Source: Saccostrea echinata | Lineage: Eukaryota | Assembly: GCF_033153115.1 (NCBI RefSeq) | Contig: NW_026889751.1 | Coordinates: 5,952,001-6,016,000, forward strand | Direction of reading: 5' to 3' | DNA: 64,000 nt | In this document: one piece after another, positions 50,491 through 61,300 of the stretch | Layout: every line of letters starts with the position of its first letter | Numbering within the stretch: the stretch's first letter is position 1 | Translations under genes and position numbers: made by a program | Notes under the pieces: generated by a model | Seen by the model: only the letters and a program-made list of their open reading frames with translations | Database searches by the model: none | What the model was told of the DNA's origin: nothing

Positions 50491-51748
50491 ATGATGAGGA
50501 AACAACAAGAGATGCCAATTAACATGCAGAGCCAAAAACAAAACAAATCAAACAAACAGAAACAGGAAAAATGGGAAGTTGACTCAGAGATAGACACAAC
50601 AGGAAGAAACAACAGTTGATGTTTTCTACAGTGACAAAAACAAAACAAACAACCAAGAAAAGGGGGGGGGGGTGACTCTGACAGAGACCCACAGGAAGAA
50701 ACAAGTGATGAGACAAACATGATGACACAGATGAAGAAAAATCACAAGGATTGCCGAATAGCATTGACATGTAAGAAAAGAAAAATATGTGATTTCAATA
50801 GATAAAATGGTTGTATGGAAAAAGAAATGGAAGACAGATGATAAACACAGCAGGAGGAAAGTTGCTAATAATAAATCAGCAAAGGGATATAAATGTAAAT
50901 AATGCATGACAATAAAAGACATCAAATAAAAGTTAAAAAAAACAAACAAAATAAAGCAAACAAAATTAAAAAAAAAAACGAAATTGAATAACAAATGAAA
51001 CGACGAGACAACAGTAAAATCATAAATAAAACCTCTAAGATTTAAAATTATTTATACATTGTACATATAAGGAAAAATATCGGATCTAGATGAAATTAAG
51101 AAGATATATTGATTTTTTTTTCTGTAGAAATTCCTAAATTAAATTGTTTAAAATCCGCTCTAATATACTCTTACGTTGATAAGTATAGGCTCAGAAATAA
51201 TTAATATATTGTCTGTTGCAAGAATGCTTCTGTATTAAATTGTATGAATGATCGAAGAAGAACCAAGTTTGTGTTTTGACTAAATATCTAAAATAATTTC
51301 AAAAATACTTGTAAATAATAATAATAATAATAATTCTTTTCTACTATTTTGTTGACATATAGAGGAAAACATCGAAGCTAGAACAAGGAACAAGTATACT
51401 TTTCTTTAAAAAAAAAAAAAAAAAGGAGGGGGTAGGTACTTTGACCTACTTCAATATGTAGGTAAGGAAATTGTGTATAAAAATGATATATATTATAGAA
51501 AATGTACTAGCAGTCAAAATTTGGATTTTAAAATCATGTTCTGAGATTATTAAAACTGAGTTTTGATGTTTATGGCTAAGTTTCTTCAAAATATTTTTCA
51601 AAAATAAAATTAATTACTCAAAAATATTAACCTGTAAAAAAATTTGATGATAAGCGATAGAGACCAAAAATAGACTTTATATGTCAAATTGGGAATCGTA
51701 CCCCTAAAAAAGTTTATGTACAGTACGGGTAAAAAAAAAAAAAAGAAA

Positions 51749-53878
51749 TTAAACCCAGGTCCCCAAATCCTCTTCTTGTGGTGGTGGTGGTGGTGGTGGT
51801 GGTGGATGCCAGAAATTCTGTATTTTTTGCCACAGCCAGCTGCATACCCTGACTATTCCACACTTAATAAAATTGTAGACAGTGTATAAGATTCCATGGG
51901 GAGGAGATCTTGGTACATTGCCGTTACGTTCACAATGCTCGTTTACGCTTTGTGCTATTTCTTCCAATACACTTATCAGGTCCTGGAGTTGCGGATTTCT
52001 CACTGGGGGACTGCTGAATGCAAATTCTTTTTGGGAAAAAAAAAAAGAATTGTACAAGTTAACATTGAATTGACAAATAATCAATGTTTAAAGAAATATG
52101 GCCTGTAACTTTGCGTGAATATGTATTATGATTGGAAAATAAACACTGCACACAGTTGAGATTTTTTTCGTTTTAGCCGAAGTTTGGTAATTCTAATCTA
52201 ATGGAAAAACGAAAATTAAGTCAAATAAAATTAAGTTTAGTATCCTCGTCAACACTAGATCTAGCTGTGAACAAATAGCCGAGAACAATTTAAAATTTTG
52301 CACGAGGAACAGAAACAATTTACAGGCTTCACACAAGTGTGGTCGTTCAGAAAGTTAAATATTTGACTATTTGACACCTTCCTCGGATAGCTTTTTTAAA
52401 AATCTCTTTGTAATATTACCATATACCATAATGTTATTTATAATTCCTATCTATCTATCTATCTCTCTCTCTCTCTCTCTATACATATATATATATATAT
52501 CTGTGTGTGTGTGTGTGTTTGTGTGTTGTGATATTTGCAATTCAAGTGATTTCCAATAGGATAAGGGTAAGACACCATCCCCTGGAATCTTGTACGAATA
52601 TCTGGCAATGTATTCTGACTTTTTTTTGGGGGGGGGGGGGACTTGTTAAAGTAGTATTTACTTTTATCACAATTTTTCGAGAAAAATTATATATTATCGA
52701 GGAATGTGTGTCGTCTAACCTTAATGTATGCTATTTACGAACCTTGTCACTAGGATTTAGAACATAACAAAACAAAACAGAAAAAGCAGCGCACACATAC
52801 ACACACACATAGAAAAATAAAAATCATCCTACAAAGAAATAAACAACAAACAAGAAACAATAAAGAAAACAAACATAACTCAAAACAAACACAAACGCAA
52901 CAAAACAATTAAGATAACATCGACAAAATGATTGTATGATACCATAATGTGTAAGGGTTTAGAAATTTCGTGCATGTATTTACAAAACTTCACAAGTATT
53001 TTATTTTGGCATACCTGAAGTTCCTGTTACGGGTTGGAAGACCGCTCCAGAATTCCAGACACATATATATCTTCCGCTCTCTTCAATATGGGTAAATCGA
53101 TTAGCCCCATCTTCCCAAAGGAAAGGGGTGAGGCTATCTCGCCATACAATTACCCATTTATATTGAAAATCCAAGCCTGCAGGCAATTTCACTCCTACAA
53201 CCCATTTTCCTGAATGCATGGGAACTTGCTCTAAAACGACAATAAAATAAGAAAATTAACATCTGTGGGAATTTAAATTCTGCGAAAAGACTGTGAAAAA
53301 GAATGCTCTATAAAAATAAAGGGAAGCTAAATTAGAAAATTTAGAGAGAAAAAAATGAGCTTGGTCGGCAACTGTTACGACTGAATATAAGAGTTAAAAT
53401 TTAAATGAGAGATTCAATCTATAATTTTCACGAAAATTGTTTTCAAATTAAAAAAAATTCGACGCCCTGTAGTGAAGAACTATCACCTTATAATAAAATA
53501 TCAACGCACTATAAAAGAAATAAAGAACATTGCTTGCAATCATAGATGCGCCATTTCAATCTTCAATGCGATATCCATTTTACGTTCATATAATTCTTTT
53601 TTTAAACATTCAATTATCGAACTGCATCATTGGTTTCTTTTTTTACCCCCACCCCCAACCCCACCCTGGTCAACAGTCATGTTGTAACAATTAAGTCGAG
53701 ATCACGGCTGAGAAGACATGCTCGTACCTGCAATTAGTGCATCCTTCAGATTCCAATTCCCCAGCTGGGGGATGGAGCCGGTGACAGCTAATGCCAGCTG
53801 GTCTTGTGGAACTTCGCACTGACATTCTAGTTCAACTCGAACCAACCCCAACCTTTCTGAGATTTCGTACACGGCCAT
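51749..53878 (-). CDS. CBM20 domain protein, STBD1-like, copy B (tandem paralog); 3 exons, 214 aa
   Basis: Exons 53728-53878, 53015-53230 and 51749-52026. Same exon sizes and phases as copy A plus one extra Pro codon. About 9 amino-acid substitutions relative to copy A and no stops. Confidence 0.85.
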
Positions 53879-53910
53879 TTCTACTTCTATGATAACTATG
53901 TAATCAATTG

Positions 53911-53965
53911 TGACGTAAATGTAACAAAACTATAACGTCGCATCTGACCTTTGTATTGTGACGTC
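53911..53965. promoter_or_regulatory. Cluster of CRE/ATF-like sites upstream of CBM20 copy B
   Basis: TGACGTAA 53911-53918, TGACCT at 53945 and TGACGTC 53959-53965, positionally conserved with copy A. Confidence 0.5.
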
Positions 53966-54962
53966 TAACCCCCCTCCCCCTTCTCCATTATGTACGTCTC
54001 AAAATATTTAACTAGAACTTCACAATATTACACTATATTTTATATATTATAGTCTAAAACTGTTTAACACTGAATGAAATATTTGTTATGAGCATGCTAG
54101 ACAGTAAAGAGTGATAGTTCATCATGCAATAAAACACACCTATAGTGAACATGAATATAATGAATTGACACTTACAGTGAAGTAGTTTTCATTCCCTGCA
54201 AGTTTAAAATATATTGTAAACTTAACGGATATATGAATTGTGCTTATAACAAAGCAAAACTGGCCAACCCCAACAGTTTGTTATAAGCGTGCTTTACTGC
54301 ATTAATATGCAAATATCTACACTCCTTTGTACTTAGCCTCTGGGATTATGATGTGGTAACAATAACCCTAACCCTGACATCAAATTATATTGGAAAAATC
54401 TTAATGTAAATTTTCTTCTTGTAACTTTATATCTCTTTGGTAAATATCATCTGCATTACAATACTAGTACATGTATATATAAAAGCTCAAGAAGTGTAAT
54501 AATCAAATTATGATTTTTTTTCTATTTAAATTTTTCTTACTCTGCTTTTTTAGACACCACCATTTCAAACAAGTTTACAAGTACTTGATTAGAACTATAC
54601 AACTAAAGATATACCAGCTACACCATACAATGATGGACACTGCCATAGATGAAACCACATTATGAGAAATAATTTTATTCAGTTCATAATTAAGCATCAT
54701 TACTACAGCATTAACAAACCATACTGACAAATATAACGGACAATGACAAAGTCCTTGCAAAACACAGTACCCACATTAAAATTATTTAAAGTTATACAAG
54801 GAAACTGTTATACAAGGAAAACAAATTATCAAGGTAAAATCCATTAATTGTGTTAGGCCATGCTTAGGTAAGAAATAAGTCACCTGGAAAATAAGGAGAT
54901 AGACCCAAATGTAGTTTAGTACATGTACCAGGTATACCCAAATATCTGCTCTGCTACTAAGT

Positions 54963-56048
54963 AACAAGAAAGTGATAAGATATTGCCGTAAGACTCAAAT
55001 TCTCTGACAATATAGAATGTTGGTGGTTAAAAAAAAAATCCTATACATGTACAAAATTCGGACATCTAAGTTTGGTATTAATGGTAAGTTTGCAACACTT
55101 ATTGATTGCTGATTTACTTACAAACACTTGAAGTTTGAATTTGTAAAGTAATGGATAAGAAAAACCAGAAGTCTCTGATGAGACTGTAGCTCTACTGGTT
55201 GTACTTATAAAGGAAGATAAAAGTAGCACCTGGACTTGAAACTTTGCAACAGCAATAAATAGAATAATGATCCTTGGTCTAGTCTGTTTTTGTGGCAAGA
55301 TTTATTGCAATCAGAGTAAAACTGTAGGAGGAGTAGCCTTTTAAAATAATTTTACAGAAATTTTGATTTAAGTAACCATGGCAACATCATTCAACAAAAT
55401 CAAAAAGCAATAATGACAATTTTGTATCTCAGTGTAGTCTACTTGTATGCCATACTGAAATCAGACAGGAGTAGCATTTTGAAAGTATTTCAAGGAAATT
55501 TCTATTTTTAGTAACCATGGCAACACCGTTCATCTAAATCAAAAACTGATACACAGAATTATGTATCTTTGTGTAGTCTACTTGTGTGCCAAGTTATATT
55601 GAAATGAGATCAAAACTGAAGGGGAGTAGCATTTATAATGTATTTCAAGGAAATTTTTATTTTTAGTAACCATGGCAGCACCGTTCATCAAAATCAAAAA
55701 CCGATACACAGAATTATGTATCTTAGTGTAGTCTACTTCTGTGCCAAGTTATAATGAAATCAGACCAAAACTGTAGGAGGAGTAGCATTTTGAAAGTTTT
55801 TCACAGAAATTTCTATTTTTAGTAACCAGGGCAACACCATTCATTGAAATCAAAAACTGATATATAGAATTATGTATCTTAGTGTAGTCTACTTCTGTGC
55901 CAAGTTATATTGAAATCAGACCAAAACAGTTGGAGGAGTAGTGTTTTGAAAAATTGTTTACAGACGGACAGACAGACAGACAGATGGACGGACGACAGAG
56001 ACCTTACTATCGCATAAGCTCTTCTGGTCTCTGAATAGTTGAGCTAAT
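54963..56048. mobile_element. Pearl/HINE-type element with ~155-bp tandem core
   Basis: AACAAG start, GTAACCA(T/G)GGCA at ~55372, 55511, 55666 and 55822, (GACA/GACG)n at 55962-55998, terminal GAGCTAA. Confidence 0.8.
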
Positions 56049-58358
56049 GAACATATGTTGATTCTGTGATACAGATGTTACACACAACACACAGAGATTG
56101 TCCTTAACTATCCTACAAAACAGAAATGTTCATGTTTAAATGGTAAATGGATAAAATACTGCTATATCAAAATTTTATTGTAATAATTGTTTTAGGGATG
56201 TCAATGCCCTTAGAAGAATGGAGTTTTAGCACTGCCTAGAAAAGCAGAATTGGCATCAAAAAACACTTTCTATTAATGATAATTCCAACAAGAAATTATT
56301 TTTCCTATGACCTCTCTGTGGAGAATTTTTGTACCCTTGTTATCAAGCATGCATTAAAAAAACACATGTGGAATAAATACACAAACATTTACTTTCATTC
56401 AGGCATATTTAAAACATCAACAGATAAAAATTATTAGAGATACATGCACATGTATCCAACAAAGCAATGTTGGCCTATCCTTGGAAGTCATCAAAACCAT
56501 CTTTATAACTGGAAATATCTTATTTAAAGGAACAAATTTCTTATATTAATATAGAATTGACACCTTAGGCTTCAAAGAAATACCCCTTCCTTTTCTGATA
56601 TCTTAATTAGTGTCCAGCTAAAACAATCTTTTAATAACATTTCTAATAGTGTAAAAATTATTTGCACTCAACATCCACATTCACCAAAGTACTTACATGT
56701 CAAAGTGTATGAAATGAAACAATCACAATTTTTCAGAACTTGAAGAACAACACCTGCACCTATTAAAACATGCACACTTGTACACAAAATAATCATCTTA
56801 CAATAGCAAACTGAACTGAAATTTATATATACTCTAATAAAAATGCTTTCTTCTTGAAAAAATGTACAAAAAACAAGCTAAAATTAACAGAGGTATCTCA
56901 TAAAATATGACATGTTACATGTACATAAAGACACATGGCTCACTGGATTGGCACATTTAACAGAATTAAGCTACAGGAAAGAAAGACAAATTCTATTGTC
57001 ACTAGATTTATTATTTTTCCTTAGGAAATTTCAGAAATTGTCTTATTTTGGTAAAATACGAGGATTGTCCCAGAAAAACACAAACATTTTAATTTTTTTT
57101 TCACTACTATTTCTTATATACCGGTAGTTCAAAATTTTTATGCCAAATAATCAACATTTTTTGTATACTACAAAGAAATTTCCATAAAATACAGTTGAAC
57201 TTCGGTATCTCGAACACAGATATCTTGAATACAATGGATATGTATTGGGATTGGGAAGTCCTTACCACATATTTTTTAAGTCTTTTACCCTTGATATCTC
57301 GAACCCTCTGATATCTCAAAGTTTTTTCTCGGTTCCATCAAGTTTGAGATAACATTTGCGCAACACTGACGATACCAAAATATGTAATTATGTTCAGGAA
57401 TCGTTGGTTTTTAAAAATTCATTTGAAGCATAAATTCAATACTGCATTTGCTTTTCTGTTAGCTATAGAGTTGTCCAGTCTCACATATACATGAGTCACC
57501 TATAGAACATGGAATTAATACTTTGAATAGACAATTTCCCAACCCCAGCTTTAATCCTAACTTCTACAAAGTTAAATGTCAGTCACCATGTATGACATCC
57601 AGCTCCTGACTTCTCAGTTTGTTGGGTTACAAAACCCCTCTTCAACTGGATAACCAGTCCATTCTTTAACATCTAACTGTCATAAGAGATGTGTTCGTGT
57701 TCTTTAATCATTTCCATCTCTTTTCCCATATGGACAAGAGTCATACCCCCACTCAACACAGTAGTGAATTATGATATGGAGACAGCATTATCGCTCAATG
57801 TCTCCATTTTTGACAATATCAAACAAAAAGTGTATGAGCATATGTCACATATTTGTCATTTATGATGCCATTTAAATAGATTTTCACACATTAATATTCC
57901 AGATCACTTTATGGACGTAAATTTTGTCACATTATATTTCTGTATAACCTGGTAATAAAGAAAGAAAAATAGGAGGCAATGCTTTTTTTTAAGTCAAAAA
58001 CCGCCCATATGTAACACCCTGTAAATGCTACTTCTACAGACATAAGACATTACAATCTTAAAATATGTTGTCAAAATAATGAAAACATTTTCCAGCAATG
58101 TGCAAAAAAAAAAGGAAAATTTTGGTCAGGTTGTTTGTAAAATATTTAAAAAGTTCTTGTATTTCTGGGACAACCCTCGTAGCATATAAAAGCACCTTGA
58201 CACCTAGTGGTAATCACAATCTGCATGACAACACTATGCAGTTAATGCTTCTTTATGCTGAGTTCATTCAGTCTATTTCTTGTAACTATGTGGAGCTATT
58301 TTTGACTATTAATCACAGTTTTTTTTAGCTAATAGCTTGGTCCTCTGTCTGTTTGATA

Positions 58359-61300
58359 TCAGGGATTTTGATCTGTATCACTTAGACTAATTAAAGGAGA
58401 TTGGTCTTCTCTAGAACCTGAAAAAGAAGTTAAAAGGGTTAAAACACTTCATTGTAAATTTATAACACAACACCTATGGATGTACTTTTCTTAAAATATT
58501 ACACAGACTTAGTGATAATAATTTAACACGCCTTTAGCTTCTCCACAGCTCATCACACGTAATTCTTTATTCATGTTGCTACATGTATTGACACATTTAC
58601 TGGGAAATTCTGCAATATTTTCAGTGTACCTTTTTCTAGACGGAAAGCTTCTAATGTGAGTGAGTTTTGCCGCCTGACTTTTGATTTGCCGACTTGAATA
58701 GTGCCATGAGGATTTTCTGGCATGAAGACAGCTACTAACAGAGCCAGGATGACTAGAATAGCACCAAATGCAAACGGAGGACCGGGAACAACACTCTGCA
58801 ATTAAAAACTTAGTTACTGTAAATACTGCCAGATAATTTATTAAATGCTTAACTTTAATTAGTTATACAGCTACATAACTTAAGGTTCACAGACCCTCTG
58901 ATGAGAGAGATAACTATTACCATATTAAATTTTCAATTTAAAAGGCCATTTCAGTCATATTTTGTTCTGCAAGGTTTGCTAAAATTTTGTGCAATTCAGT
59001 TATAAATTAGATTTCTCTATGAAAACCAATAGCTGTAAAGTAAAACTTAATATGAGTGAACAGAGGGATCAAGACTCTTAAATGCTAAAAAGGAAAAGAT
59101 AAAATGTTGCTGTTTTAAAAAAAAAAATCTTTCCTGAAATGCTGACTCAATTTTGTCAAATAGAAAGGAATTCTCATCTGCGCTGAAGATTTTTTTTTAA
59201 AGTGAAAAAAACTGAATGAACAATTGACTCAGATTTGTGGAATGTCTTGTTGGCAAATCTTTTGTTGTTGACTGGATTTTGAAGCACATATACAGTAAAA
59301 CTCGTTATCATGAAATTGGTGGGACCGAGAAATTACTTCGAGATATCCAAGGACTTGAGATATCCAGGGTAAAATACTTAAGGAATAAGTGGTTGGGACT
59401 TCCAAATTACTTCGACATATCCATGGTATTCGAGAAACTGTAGACTGGCAAATAATCACAATGGATTTAATTTCACTTTGTTTGCGATTTATCATTTTTC
59501 TGTGAAATTAAACTCATCGCGAATGCTATTATTCGTTTTTAAAAAAATGAATAAATGCTTATACGAATTTAAGTTAATTCTTGCTGTGAAATTAAAACCA
59601 TCGCGATAGGTACTTTTTGAGAAATTGTGAAATTTTAACACCCTGGAATTGAAACGACTTACATTATCAGTGTATGAGATACCGAAGTTTGACTGTATGT
59701 GTTGTAAACAATTCTTACCTGAATTGCTGACTGGATTTTGTGGTACGTGTTGTTTTCTGGAGATGACACCTGAGTGTCAGGATCTGTGGTTTCATTCAAA
59801 TCCACATGGAAGAGATAAAAAATGAAACCAAACAGAGCAGGTCCCAGTCCATTACACAAGCCCCGGATTCCAGTGATGATGCCCTGTGCAACTCCTGCAG
59901 AAAAATACCAGAGTAAAGTATATTTTAAAACTGATTGGGATAAAGAGAACAAGAACTGATTCACAGACAGAAACTCTGTACAACTTAAAACTAACTAGAG
60001 ATCTCTGTTATATGTAGCTCTACTGGTCTGATAATAATAATGTAAGCAAAATGTTGGATTAGTTAACAGAGATTTTTTTCCCCTTTTGTTGAAAAACTGT
60101 TGGTCCTGTCGACAAGGCTGACAAAAATCTGTCTGGACTGATAACTTACAAGAAAACATTGGTTCAAATGACCGTTTGAACAAAATCAAGAGTGATACAA
60201 TTTTTTAAAAGATCGGGATCAGGGTGCACAGGTCAAGGTCACAAAAAAAGCAGAGATGGCCAAGTAGTGATGATGGTCAATCAAATTTGTTGAAGCAGAG
60301 ACATAATTCATGTCATTTATGTCTCTGATTGAAGACTCTCTATCCTAAGAAAAGAAATTTGTGAGATCGAAGGCTGTTGGTCATTTTGGTGCAGTTATTT
60401 ATTTTCCTTTCTCAGCATACAAAATAAGGTACATGTACTGCTATCTGGTCCTAAACAACATTTGACTTTGTCAAACAAAAAGTCTGTCAGTGATTTAAGA
60501 ATTTCGTCAACTCTGTTTTCTTTCCTTTCCTTTTTTTTCCCCTGAGTTTGACATTTAAAGAATTATGTACATGTATCTTGCTGGTTTCTGAACATATGCA
60601 CTACGCACATGTACAAGATTTCATTGAAATAAGACCAAAATTGTAAGAAGAGATGTAACCATGGAATTATTTATTCTAAAATATGGATACACAAGTTGTC
60701 CTTTGCTGAAACTGCAGTAATTTTAATGAATACTGAAAGTTTAATTTTGTTGAATGGGGTACGTGTGGTTGCAATTGATAAATTTTACTGGTGTCGGTGA
60801 TTTGTATTGAATTAAGACAATACACAGTAACTGTTTCAGGAGTATTATTTTGAAAATGTTCTACAGACAGATGGCTAGACAGACTGAGAGACAGATGAAT
60901 GACAGGCACCCTAATACCAATGTATAAATTAACATGGTCTTTAACAAGTAGACCTAAACATATTTTGATCATTATTTTTTTTCAATCAAAATCAAGATTG
61001 GTCGTGAAAAGTATCTTACAATGTCTATATGAATTTATAAAACAACAAACTTACGAAAATTTTATTTGTGTGCATATAATTATGTAAATATTAGTAGTGA
61101 TGTACCGATTAATCGATTAAATCGATTATCTAATCGAAATGGTACCCGATTATAGATAATCGATTATAATTTTGATAAACGATTACTCAAAATATTTGTT
61201 AAAAGCAAATTATTTCTTTGATTTTTGATTCATTCTATTTGAATTTAACTAAATCATAAATAATAATCTAATAAATGAATCCAATGATACAAAATATCAA

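Noticed and set aside
41300-53970. CBM20 pair as an uncollapsed haplotype artefact
   Set aside because: Introns and flanks are far too divergent in length and sequence for alleles. Read-depth confirmation would still be useful.
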